From Myxococcales bacterium (GTDB lineage: Bacteria; Myxococcota_A; Polyangia; Polyangiales; Polyangiaceae): DNA of 64,000 bases. A program made the translations under genes and the position numbers. Below are positions 20,301 through 28,677 of this stretch, one piece after another. Position 1 is the stretch's first letter. Each line of letters opens with the position of its first letter. The stretch is from contig JADJCA010000011.1 of assembly GCA_016703425.1 (NCBI GenBank), forward strand, positions 58,050 to 122,049, in the 5' to 3' direction. The notes below the pieces were generated by a model. The model saw only the letters and a program-made list of their open reading frames with translations, did not search any database and was not told the DNA's origin.

Positions 20301-22318
20301 TTGAGGAATTGCTCGTCGACGTCGGTGCCCGATTCGAGGACCTCCTCCATGCGCTTCTGGAGGCTCTCGGCGATCTTGCTGACTTCCTTCAGGCCGACCG
20401 TCGCGGCCGCGCCCTTGAGCGTGTGATAGATGCGCTCGACGTGGTCGGCGCTGGCCACGTTGGTCGGGTCTGCGAGGAGCGCTTGCAAGTGCCCCTGGAG
20501 CGCGACGACGAGCTCGCGGGCTTCCTCTTGGAAGATCGCCTGAAGCTCCTTGTCGATCTCTGCCGACTCTTCGCCGCTCGGCGACTCCTCGGCGAAGGAG
20601 AACTCCGCGCCTTCCTCGCCGCTCGGGCTGTCACCTGACATCGGCGGCGGCGAAAGCGTGATGGGCTTGAGGTCGACCTTGCGAAGGAGGCTGTTGGACT
20701 CGAGGGCGAAGGCCGCCAGCGTGTCTTCCCCGGCATCGAGGCGCCCGTCGGCGACGTCCTTCATCATCTTCGAGCAATCGGCGGCGGCGCTCGCGTATTG
20801 CGGGAGGTCGTTCTTCTGCGCGAGGACGTTGAGCTCGCCAAACATGCGCTCCAGCTTGCGCGCCGCCGAAAGGTCCGTGGCATCGACCGAGAGCGCGCTC
20901 ACGCACTCCTGCACGCCGTAGAGGATCCCTTTGGCTTGCTCCAAGAATTCGCGATGCTGCACGGCGTGAATCGGCTCCGGCCCCGTCGCGCGCGACGGCG
21001 GCGGCCCCGGCTCTTCTTCGGCGAACGAGAACTCTTCGCCGCGGCTCGTGGCGACGGCGATCTCCGGCAGGTTCACCTGACGCAAGATTCGGTTCGTGTC
21101 GCGGGCAACTTGCTCGAGGAACCCGTGTGTCACGGGCGTCGTGTGCTCGACGACCCCCATCATGCGCGCCTGGAGCTCGGAGGCGGCTTCGCTCACGTTG
21201 CTGAGACCGGCAAACGAGGCGCTCCCCTTGAGGGTGTGAAAAATGCGCTCGACGCTCTTCGACGACGACTCGTCCTTGGGGTTCTCGAGCAACTTCTGCA
21301 GGTAGCCCTGCAGCGGCACCAACAGGTCGCGAGCCTCGTCGTGGAACATCGTGTCGAGCTCGCCCTCCGGGACGACCTCGAGCTCTTCGCTCGGGAGGTC
21401 GGTCACTTCTTCGGCGGGCGCTGCCACGTACATGACGCCGAGGCGCGGCGCGCCGGCCATGTGGAGCATGCGCTCGAGGTCGCGGATCTGCTGTTCGATG
21501 AACGCCGGCGTGATGCTCGTCGAACCGATGATGACACCCTCGAAGTTGCGGCGAAGCTGCTCCGAGAGCTTGTGAACCTCAGGGAAGCCGGCGGCGCCAG
21601 CGCCACCCTTGATGCCGTGGAGGATGCGCTCGATGTGACCCGCGGCGACCATTTTGTCGGCATCATCGATGAACGCTTGCACGTGGCGAGCGAGCGCTTC
21701 GCCGGACTCGCGGACCTCTTCACGGAAGATGACCTGAAGCTCTTCGTCGAAGACGGGCGCCTGCGACGGCGGGGCGCTGACGTCGTTCGGGTCGACGGTC
21801 GAGGCGGGGGCCGACGCGGCGAGGCTCGCGCGAACCTCGGCGTCGTAGGCGGGCCCTTCGACCTTCTCGGCGAACGGTGCGCCGACGACGTCGGCGAGCT
21901 TGTCGCGAAACGCGAGGAGGAGCCACTCGGCCTCGTCGCTGTCGTGCTTCAGCTCGAGGTCGAGCATGGCGCGCATCTCGGTGGCGCCTTCCGCGCAATG
22001 TTGCGCGATGCGCCGCGCCTCCTTCGCGTGAGCCTCGATGGCGCGGACCTCTTCAAGGCCCTTGCCGGCCAGATGCTCGAGCATCCGGGCGCTCTCGGCC
22101 AGCGAGTTCGCCTGAACGAGGCTCGAGGTGCCGCTGACGGCATGCGCGAAGTCGCCGACCTTCTCAAAGAGCGGCGCGCCGTTGATGTCCTTCAGCGACG
22201 TCTGGTCGAGCGACGGGGAGGCGAGAAGCGCTCGTGCCGCTTCTTCGATTCGACCCAGGAAGTTCGTGATGTCCGTCGTGAACGTCTCGCGGACATCGTC
22301 GATTGAGAATCCTGACAT
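17306..22318 (-). CDS. ChpA-like multi-Hpt CheA histidine kinase with a C-terminal receiver (5 Hpt, dimerisation, HATPase, CheW-like, REC)
   Basis: 1670 aa. Five Hpt boxes (LHGIKGGAG, FHTLKGSASFAG, YHTLKGAAATVG, FHRLKGSALVV, THTLKGAVNTIG). CheA ATPase N, G1 and G2 boxes (HLVRNAVVHGIE, RDDGNGLD, GRGVGG). CheW-like domain. C-terminal REC (RVLFVDDS...DLIFTDLEMPRMHGYDL...KPF). Confidence 0.9.
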   Translation of the reverse strand: MSGFSIDDVRETFTTDITNFLGRIEEAARALLASPSLDQTSLKDINGAPLFEKVGDFAHAVSGTSSLVQANSLAESARMLEHLAGKGLEEVRAIEAHAKEARRIAQHCAEGATEMRAMLDLELKHDSDEAEWLLLAFRDKLADVVGAPFAEKVEGPAYDAEVRASLAASAPASTVDPNDVSAPPSQAPVFDEELQVIFREEVRESGEALARHVQAFIDDADKMVAAGHIERILHGIKGGAGAAGFPEVHKLSEQLRRNFEGVIIGSTSITPAFIEQQIRDLERMLHMAGAPRLGVMYVAAPAEEVTDLPSEELEVVPEGELDTMFHDEARDLLVPLQGYLQKLLENPKDESSSKSVERIFHTLKGSASFAGLSNVSEAASELQARMMGVVEHTTPVTHGFLEQVARDTNRILRQVNLPEIAVATSRGEEFSFAEEEPGPPPSRATGPEPIHAVQHREFLEQAKGILYGVQECVSALSVDATDLSAARKLERMFGELNVLAQKNDLPQYASAAADCSKMMKDVADGRLDAGEDTLAAFALESNSLLRKVDLKPITLSPPPMSGDSPSGEEGAEFSFAEESPSGEESAEIDKELQAIFQEEARELVVALQGHLQALLADPTNVASADHVERIYHTLKGAAATVGLKEVSKIAESLQKRMEEVLESGTDVDEQFLKNLLGDTRRLLKLANLPELDVAKSPKEPASAAEPPSEVGDAKKFFMEEAKELCERAGQYLDELAKAADPRAREVRGELGKLFHRLKGSALVVAEDAIATEAARLQSLASADKTSAAVLQRGLARVTQLLQSERAEEPSFSSAAAKKPAKAPRVKEAVVRERVQLPAEPDLVDAFNQECSELLDQLDRAILALEETNQPKAAIETLMRLTHTLKGAVNTIGLGPTGAILHRVETFLEGLIEATILPSMKAVATFLLEVQQDVRRNLRQAADGYVETSIARVESRIGNVLAGSKAAYEPVSHTGGSSVSIINVDTGGGSGDAESLAPGAPADAADRRFIRVSTERLDALMNLAGELVVSRSRLMSRIDVLKQLQLELGRSRRRLMDTVESFREEHEFTYRRPGEMHAAYQQTVAQLANRPAEGAATALAKLTSEDQMGAFSDAELDRYDDVNVLARSLAEMSNDFNEMYGQLYRELSAFAADSEAHGSIVTGIQSEVTRARMVPLEFLFQRLRLPVRDAAAREGKEVRVVTSGEDVNIDKTIADALFGPMLHLVRNAVVHGIEAPNARQATGKKETGTLTLAARQESGQIVLEVRDDGNGLDLAALHAKGVQMGVIPAETSVNDQVVKDLVFAAGLSTKATVGNVAGRGVGGNVVRRAVDRLNGSIRVDTMPGKGTAFLVTLPLTLAITKALLVSSRGRSYAIPLYFAQHILDAEEGVIVESAGIRRVKLDETYVSVLTMDELFGVTDRSSAEKRGPVIVLRVGDQRLMLQVDAVIGQEEIVVKSLGDLLTGHPVLAGVTIRGTGELSLILDIPGVVEAHAGRALSGGGPRFQPTTTSLERPKKATQLRMPAVQRKVRVLFVDDSLSVRKIAEKELTNLGTDVTTAVDGLDAMSKLREGHYDLIFTDLEMPRMHGYDLIRELRFLPAYQDLPIIVVSSRSGQKHQDQARALGCTDYLTKPFNARQLEGALEKYGPKKKPVGAQGAGDDSQSHSQDSGDSQ

Positions 22319-22388
22319 ACCAGCCCCTCACGCTCGGCCAGGCCGAGAAAAACCGGGAAGCAAAAAGTGTCGAAAACCGTGGGCGGCC

Positions 22389-24665
22389 TCAGGCCACCTT
22401 GAACTGACGGATGTTCTGCGTGATTTGCTCGGTGAGCGAGATGAGCTCGCCGACCGTGGCCACGGTTCCGTCAGCGCCCTTCTGCGTCTGCTGGGCGATG
22501 GCGGTGACCTCTTCCATCGTGCGCACCATGGTCTGCGTGCCCTCGACCTGCGCCTTCGCGACGGTAGCGATGTGAGCGACGAGGCCGGCCGACTCGGTGG
22601 ACACCTGGCGAATCTTGCCAAGCGACACGCCGGCTTCGGCGACCAGCTGCGACTCCTGCTCAACGACCTGCGTCTGCCGCTCGATGGCTTCGGCGGTTTC
22701 CTTCGTCTCGGCGTGGATGGCCTTGACGAGCTTGTCGATTTCCTTGGTGGCGGCGGCCGTTCGTTCGGCGAGCTTGCGCACCTCTTCGGCAACGACGTGG
22801 AAGCCGCGGCCGTGTTCGCCGGCGAGCGCGGCTTCGATGGCGGCGTTCAGCGCGAGGAGGTTGGTCTTCTCGCTGATGCGGCTGATGGTGGCGACGATGC
22901 CCGTGATCTCGAGGGACCGATCGCCGAGAATCTTCATGCGCTTGGCACCGGCCTGAACGCTTGCGCGAAGCTCGTTCATCGTCGAGATGACGTTCTCGAC
23001 GCGCTCGGCGCCTTCGATGGCTGACGCCTCGGTGCGCTGTGCGGCGGTCGCCGCCGTGAGGGCGTCCTGGCTGACGCGAGAGTTCTCTTCGCTCATCTGC
23101 ATGACGAGCTGGCGAGCGGTGAGGATGTCCTTCGCTTGGTTGGTGGCGCCGTTGGCCATGCCCTTCGCGAGGCTCGAGATCTCGACGACGGCGCGGTTGG
23201 AACGCTCCAGCTGTTGCTGGATGCGACCGATAAGGTTCTGCATGCTCTCGAGGAGGTTGTTGAAGCCGTCGGCCACGTTACCGAGGGCTCCTTCCGTCAC
23301 GCGGGCGCGGACCGTGAGGTTTCCGTCGGCGGCGTCCGAGACGACCTGCAGCAAGTCGAAGATGTTCTCTTGGAGCTGGCGGTTCTCGTCTTCAACGCGG
23401 TTCTTGAGCGTACGAGCTTCGACGAGGGCGTCGTTGATCTGGCCGTATTGCGTGCCGATCTGACCGAGCTCGTCTTGCGCGTCGAGGCGGAGTTGCTCTT
23501 CCATGGTGCCGGCGATCATGCGGCCCGTCGCGGAGCCGAGGACGGCGATGGAGCGCTGAACCGAGAGGAAGAAGCCTACGAACAAGTACGCGAGCGCGAG
23601 GGCCGCGAAGACGGCGATGCCGAGGGCGAGGTTTCGGTCGAAGGTATAGCCGTCGACGCGGTCTTCGATGAGGGCGTCGAGCTGGGGACCGATGCGGCGC
23701 CAGAGCTCAACGGTCTGCAGCGCGTTCTCAAGCGTCGCCGTGACGATGGGGCGGAGCGCGTCCTGGTTCGGCTTTTCTTTCGCCGTGAGGAACTTGGTGC
23801 GGACCATCTCGGCGTGCTGGTTGAGCTTGTCGAGGGACTTCTCGGCGAGCTTCAACGTCTGCGCGACGTTTTGACCGCGCTTCTTGGCGGCTTCGCGGAA
23901 GCCGGCAAAGTTGGTCTTGTCGAGCTCCGTCGTTTGATTGAGGAACTGCTTGTAGATACCGGCGAGTTCGACGTTTCGTTCCGCTTCGGCCTGCTCGTCG
24001 GGCTGCGGCCTCATGCCGAGCGTCGCCGAGCGCGCGATGCTGTCGACGAGCGACGGCATCTTGCGGAGGTAGGCGTCCATCAAGAAGTAGCTCTCGAGCT
24101 CTTGGTCGAGGACGAGGTTGGAGTTCGAGCCGGCTTGGTTGAGTACCAGGTCGATCATCAAAGAGGCGATGTCGGCGTGGTACTTGTCGGCCTCGTCGGC
24201 CGTGGCGAGCTTCTGCTTCTGGAGCCCCTCCCAGAGGGTCTTCGCCTGCTTCCACTTCTTCGTGGTGCGAAGCTCGTCGCCGACCTCGGCATCCTGCTCG
24301 TCGACCTTCTTGACGGCCTTGTTGGCCTCTTCCGTGGCCGCCGTGACGTCGCCGCTAAAGCCCGTCAAGCCCAACGCCACGCCGACCGAGGCCACGCGCC
24401 GTCGCTCGATTTGGTAGAGGAACTCGCGCGCCGGCTCGACCCAGCGAACGCCGCTTCGCTCCTTCTCGTTGAACTCGATGCGCTCTTGCGAGATGGCGTT
24501 CTGGAGGAAGAGGACGTAGCCGAGCGGGACCGCTACGAGCACGCCGATGATCAAGAATTTCCAGACGTATTTCAGTCTGTTCATCAAGGCCATGGAAGGC
24601 TGAAAGAGGAACGAGACCATCCCCCACACCTGTCCGAACCCGCTCGGCGTCCCGCCAGCATTCAT
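22389..24665 (-). CDS. methyl-accepting chemotaxis protein, PilJ-like (TM1, about 290-aa periplasmic region, TM2, HAMP, MCP signalling domain)
   Basis: Highly conserved MCP signalling hairpin ([36 protein letters not shown]). Two TM segments flank a large periplasmic domain. Strong AGGAGAAG RBS before ATG 24665. Confidence 0.85.
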   Translation of the reverse strand: MNAGGTPSGFGQVWGMVSFLFQPSMALMNRLKYVWKFLIIGVLVAVPLGYVLFLQNAISQERIEFNEKERSGVRWVEPAREFLYQIERRRVASVGVALGLTGFSGDVTAATEEANKAVKKVDEQDAEVGDELRTTKKWKQAKTLWEGLQKQKLATADEADKYHADIASLMIDLVLNQAGSNSNLVLDQELESYFLMDAYLRKMPSLVDSIARSATLGMRPQPDEQAEAERNVELAGIYKQFLNQTTELDKTNFAGFREAAKKRGQNVAQTLKLAEKSLDKLNQHAEMVRTKFLTAKEKPNQDALRPIVTATLENALQTVELWRRIGPQLDALIEDRVDGYTFDRNLALGIAVFAALALAYLFVGFFLSVQRSIAVLGSATGRMIAGTMEEQLRLDAQDELGQIGTQYGQINDALVEARTLKNRVEDENRQLQENIFDLLQVVSDAADGNLTVRARVTEGALGNVADGFNNLLESMQNLIGRIQQQLERSNRAVVEISSLAKGMANGATNQAKDILTARQLVMQMSEENSRVSQDALTAATAAQRTEASAIEGAERVENVISTMNELRASVQAGAKRMKILGDRSLEITGIVATISRISEKTNLLALNAAIEAALAGEHGRGFHVVAEEVRKLAERTAAATKEIDKLVKAIHAETKETAEAIERQTQVVEQESQLVAEAGVSLGKIRQVSTESAGLVAHIATVAKAQVEGTQTMVRTMEEVTAIAQQTQKGADGTVATVGELISLTEQITQNIRQFKVA

Positions 24666-24820
24666 GGTCGTCTTCTCCTAAAACTCGAAACTCTCAAATC
24701 GCACCGGCAGCGCGGGAAGCGCGTGGCTGAGTGGCCGCTCCGCCGGTGAAAAACTCTTTGTCGCCCCGCCAGAACCCCCGGAGGTCTCTGGCCCCATCCC
24801 CTAAGCCGCTATCTTCCTCG

Positions 24821-25438
24821 CTACTGATATTTCAGTTGCTCCAGTCGCTGCAAAAGAGCGGCTGTGTCGAGCACCGTGACGAAGAGGCCTCCACGGTTGT
24901 CGGCCTCCAAGAATCCCTGGACGAGCGGGTTGTCGCCGCCGGCTTTCGGCCGGCTGAGGACGCCCGGTCCGATCTCGAGGACGATCTCCATCCGGTCGAT
25001 GAGGACGCCCGCCATGAGGTTGCTCGCTCGAATCACGAGGACCGGGTACGGCTTTCCGTCACCGACCGTGATTTCCGAGCGTTTGCTGGCAGGGATCTCG
25101 AGAATTTCAGCCAGGTCGATCAGCGCCAGCGGTGTTCCGCGGAAGTTGAACAGGCCGAGCATGGCCGACTTGGACAGCGGCACGGGAGCCAATTGGTCGA
25201 CTGTCACCAGCTCGCCAACGAGGCCGATGTCGAGGGCGAAGCAGTCGCCGCAGAGCCAGAACGCGCACACGCGCTGGACCCCGCCGCCCTTGTTGGCAGC
25301 GCCTTGTGATCCCCCCGACCCGCCGGACCCCTTGCCGCTGCTCTGACCGCTGCCGGAACGGCCGGAGGAGCCCGAGCCGCTTCCGCCTTTCGAGGAGCCG
25401 CGCGAGCGGGAGGAACCTTTGGAAGACTCAGTTGCCAT
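24821..25438 (-). CDS. CheW-like protein with a 50-aa Gly/Ser-rich N-terminal extension
   Basis: CheW core (LVTVDQLAPVPLS...GLFNFRGTPLALIDLAEIL...VLVIRASNLMAGVLIDRMEIV). GAAGGGA RBS. Confidence 0.8.
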   Translation of the reverse strand: MATESSKGSSRSRGSSKGGSGSGSSGRSGSGQSSGKGSGGSGGSQGAANKGGGVQRVCAFWLCGDCFALDIGLVGELVTVDQLAPVPLSKSAMLGLFNFRGTPLALIDLAEILEIPASKRSEITVGDGKPYPVLVIRASNLMAGVLIDRMEIVLEIGPGVLSRPKAGGDNPLVQGFLEADNRGGLFVTVLDTAALLQRLEQLKYQ

Positions 25439-25457
25439 GGTTTCCCTTCAGCTGACT

Positions 25458-25820
25458 TCAGCCGACGTAACGCTTGATGATTGCTTGGAGCGTGTCGGGG
25501 GTGAACGGCTTCGCGACGTGGTCGTCGGCGCCTTGTTTCTGGCCCCAGAAGCGGTCGCTGTCGCCGCCCTTGGACGTCACGAGGACGACCGGAATCTTGG
25601 AGGTGTCGGGGTCGGTCTTGAGCTTGCGGCAGGCGTGAAAGCCGTTCATCGACGGCATCACGACGTCGAGGAAGATGAGCTGCGGCTTCACCTCTTTGGC
25701 CCGGGCGAGCGCCTCGCTGCCGTCGGTGGCGTATTCAGGCTTGTGACCGGACGACGTCACGACGCGGCCGATGAGCTCGCGGTCGGTCTGTACGTCGTCA
25801 ACGATGAGAATGGTTCCCAT
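25458..25820 (-). CDS. single-domain CheY-like response regulator (PilG/PilH-like)
   Basis: 120 aa REC: ILIVDD, D at LIFLDVVMPSMNG, T, KPF. Confidence 0.85.
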   Translation of the reverse strand: MGTILIVDDVQTDRELIGRVVTSSGHKPEYATDGSEALARAKEVKPQLIFLDVVMPSMNGFHACRKLKTDPDTSKIPVVLVTSKGGDSDRFWGQKQGADDHVAKPFTPDTLQAIIKRYVG

Positions 25821-25848
25821 GGAGTCCTCGGAATTGGGCAGGCGGCGT

Positions 25849-27624
25849 TCAGGCGACGAGCAAGCGCTCTAGGTCAACATACGTAATGGGCTTTGTCAGT
25901 ACGGAATCAAAACCGGCGGCCGAGAGCTCGTCGACCTTCTCGCGAGAAGGCGTGTCGAGCACCGCGACGACCGCCAGATGGGAGAGATCGTCGGCCTTTC
26001 GGACCTGGGCCACGGCGCGTACCGCAGCGTCGCCGGCGGCGTCCGCGTTGAGGATGACCATCCGCGGCCTCTCCCTGAGGATCGCGGCGAAGATGTCTTT
26101 GTCGGAGTCGAAGGCCACGAGCGACAGGGGCTCGGCGCGGTTCTGAAGCAGCTTGGTGAGCGGCGCCTGGAACCCTTCGACGTCGGGCTCGAGGATCATG
26201 ACGGCGCTGGGTCGCTTGGTCTCGGCGGCGACCGCTGCGACGTGCCGCTCGCGGATGAGCCCCACGTGGAGGAGCCTCGCGACGATGTGGGCGGCCTCGC
26301 GCGCCGGTAGGCCGCTGCGGTTCGTCAGCGTCTGAACGCTGTTGCCACCACCCACGAGGCTGAGAATGCGGCGCTCCTCGGCGGAGAGCTCGAAGTCGCG
26401 AAGGCGGCGGCTGAAGTTCTCGGCGCGCTCGAAGACCGCCTCGGTCTTGGGCAGACGCGCCTCGACGGTCGCGCGGCCAGAAGGCCGACGGAACAGCTCG
26501 AGCTCGAGCTGGTCGACCGAGATGCGAAGGCCGTAGGCGTCGACGTAAGAAGGGTGCGTCGGCCGCTCGCGCCAGAAAAAGCGCACCGAGCTCGCCTCGA
26601 TGATGTCGAGGAGCGAGCGCTTTCCCTGCCTTTGAAGCAACGGCGCGAGATCGGTCGTCGGCAGGTAGCCGCGCTCGGCGAGGGTCACGAAGAACGGCTT
26701 GCCGCTCGAGCGCTGGTCGGCTTCTGCGCGCTCGCGCACGTCGGCGGCGAGGGCCGGCAGCGCGACCTTCGCGTCGCGGCAGTAGTCGATGGGATCGTGG
26801 CTCGTGGCGAGGAGGACTTCGCCGCGGCGAAGGTACGCGACGACCTTGCGGCTGCCGGCGGCGAGCCAAAGCTCGCCCGTTTGACCCGAGGCACGGATCA
26901 TCTTCACGATGTCCGTGGGGGACCAGCCGGTGGCCTTGCCGGAGAGCGACCCCTCGCCCTCTTCGACCGGCTCCGCGGGGCCAGCGCCGCCGAGCACTTC
27001 TTTGAAGACCGGCACGAGGGCGTCGAGCACTTGTCCGACGAGCTCGGGCGTCAAAAACTTTCGCGCAAAGTAGGGCGCCGGTTGGTTGGCGCCGAGCTGC
27101 GCCATCCAGTCGGGGATGCGCGCAAACTGCGGCCGCAGCGACGCGAAGAGCGACTTCGCCGCCGTCTCCTTCTGGCGAAAGGAGAAGAGCGAGACGCTGG
27201 CCGGCGCCGGCGGACGCGACGGCCTCAGCGACGCCGTCGCCGCTTGCGCCTTCTTGTCGAGCACCGCTTGCACACGCGTGACGATGTCGTCGGGCGAAAA
27301 CGGCTTCGAGACGTAGTCGACCTGCGCGCGCATCCCCTTGAAGAGCTCGCGGACGTTCTCGTCCTTCGCCGTCATCAAGATGATCGGTACGTTGGCCGTG
27401 CGCGCATCCTGACTAAGCCGCTGCGCGACATCGATGCCACGCATGTCGGGGAGGACGAAGTCGAGGAGAATGAGCTCGGGGATGCCGTGGTGATGCGTCG
27501 CCTTGAGCAGGCCCTCATGGCCCGTCGTGGCGTAGTCGATGGTGGCATCGATGTTCTTGAGCGCCAGGCCGACGGCCTTGCGAACGGTGAGGCTGTCGTC
27601 GATGACGAGGAGACGCGACGTCAT
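25849..27624 (-). CDS. multidomain response regulator: receiver, PATAN/DUF4388-like, middle domain, C-terminal pseudo-receiver
   Basis: Trimmed to ATG 27624, which overlaps the upstream stop (ATGA). N-terminal REC (LLVIDDSLTV...ELILLDFVLPDMRG...SKPF). DUF4388-like segment (GQTGELWLAAGSRKVVAYLRRGEVLLATSHD). C-terminal REC-like fold without a clear acid pocket. Confidence 0.6.
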   Translation of the reverse strand: MTSRLLVIDDSLTVRKAVGLALKNIDATIDYATTGHEGLLKATHHHGIPELILLDFVLPDMRGIDVAQRLSQDARTANVPIILMTAKDENVRELFKGMRAQVDYVSKPFSPDDIVTRVQAVLDKKAQAATASLRPSRPPAPASVSLFSFRQKETAAKSLFASLRPQFARIPDWMAQLGANQPAPYFARKFLTPELVGQVLDALVPVFKEVLGGAGPAEPVEEGEGSLSGKATGWSPTDIVKMIRASGQTGELWLAAGSRKVVAYLRRGEVLLATSHDPIDYCRDAKVALPALAADVRERAEADQRSSGKPFFVTLAERGYLPTTDLAPLLQRQGKRSLLDIIEASSVRFFWRERPTHPSYVDAYGLRISVDQLELELFRRPSGRATVEARLPKTEAVFERAENFSRRLRDFELSAEERRILSLVGGGNSVQTLTNRSGLPAREAAHIVARLLHVGLIRERHVAAVAAETKRPSAVMILEPDVEGFQAPLTKLLQNRAEPLSLVAFDSDKDIFAAILRERPRMVILNADAAGDAAVRAVAQVRKADDLSHLAVVAVLDTPSREKVDELSAAGFDSVLTKPITYVDLERLLVA

Positions 27625-28676
27625 CAGCGCACCTCCGCGACAATGCCAGAGACCTTGCGCGGGCCTTGGCGAAGGCGCCCGGTAAGCAAATCGAGGACCG
27701 CCGGCCCACCTTCGGCGACGGCCTTGGCGATATCGTCTTCCGCGCCCGACGCGCCCGTCAGCGCGACGACAACGTCGCCGCTCGCGGCTCCAAAACGCAT
27801 CATGAGGGAACCCGTCTTTCCGAAAGCGTTGGAGAGGTTGTACGCGTTGGGCAGTCGCATCGGCGAAAGGATGCGAAGCGGCACTTCGGGCCCCGCCGGC
27901 CAATAGACGATCCAGTCTTCACCGTCGGGCGCGAGGTGCAGCGCGGCGTAGCTGCCGCCGAGCATGTCACGGAGCTTGCGCTCCTTCTCGTCGTCGGGCT
28001 CTTCGCGGCGCATGGCGTCGGCCACGCGGGCCGCTTCCGCGTCGACGAGCAACGGTGCGCCCGGGTCAACGCGAAGGAGAGCCGTGAGCCCCTCGGTCGT
28101 GCCTTGCACAACGAGCGGCAACGAATCGCTGGGGGTGTCACCGCCACACGTCATGGCGCCGACCCAACCGTTGGCGTGTTGACGCTCGCTCGTGCGGACG
28201 GGACCGTGGCGGGCGTCGGCGGGCCCGGCACCGAGGAGGCTCCCGGTGGCGCTCACAGTGTTGGCGGTGAGGGCTCGAATGCGCGCGGCGATGCGCCCCG
28301 CAGACAGCGGCGGAGAGAGCAGCGTCACGCGGCCGCTCTGAATCGTCACCGTCGGTCGCACGAGCGGCTCTTCGCAGAGGAGCAAGAGCGAGATCGTCGG
28401 CATGCTGCGCGTCATGAGCTCGACGATGTCGTCGGGCACGCGACGCTCACCAGCGGCGAGCCACGCGACGAGCAGCGCCGGCGGCGGAGCACCGGTGGCC
28501 GCGAGCCACGAGACGAGCTGCGTGGCCGGTGCAGCGGTTGCGTCGCCAGTCCAAAGGAAACGGCGGACGCCCGCTGCTTCACACGCGCCGACGATGTCGC
28601 CGAGCAACGACTCGGGCATGCGGTGCGATGCCACCACGACGGTGGACTTGCTCTCTTCGGGCGATTGATTGGTCAC
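27624..28676 (-). CDS. hypothetical protein in che operon
   Basis: High GC3. GTG 28676 lies 2 nt after the CheW stop. Alternative ATG 28619. No recognised motifs. Confidence 0.4.
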   Translation of the reverse strand: MTNQSPEESKSTVVVASHRMPESLLGDIVGACEAAGVRRFLWTGDATAAPATQLVSWLAATGAPPPALLVAWLAAGERRVPDDIVELMTRSMPTISLLLLCEEPLVRPTVTIQSGRVTLLSPPLSAGRIAARIRALTANTVSATGSLLGAGPADARHGPVRTSERQHANGWVGAMTCGGDTPSDSLPLVVQGTTEGLTALLRVDPGAPLLVDAEAARVADAMRREEPDDEKERKLRDMLGGSYAALHLAPDGEDWIVYWPAGPEVPLRILSPMRLPNAYNLSNAFGKTGSLMMRFGAASGDVVVALTGASGAEDDIAKAVAEGGPAVLDLLTGRLRQGPRKVSGIVAEVR

Positions 28677-28677
28677 G

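Noticed and set aside
17279-22306. Plus-strand ORFs 17279-19285 (668 aa) and 20798-22306 (502 aa) antisense to the ChpA-like cheA
   Set aside because: Acidic/Arg-rich low-complexity translations that mirror the sense gene, with no start context. The sense strand carries unmistakable Hpt/ATPase/REC motifs.
23136-24749. 537-aa plus-strand ORF antisense to the MCP
   Set aside because: Antisense to the conserved MCP signalling domain. Low GC3.
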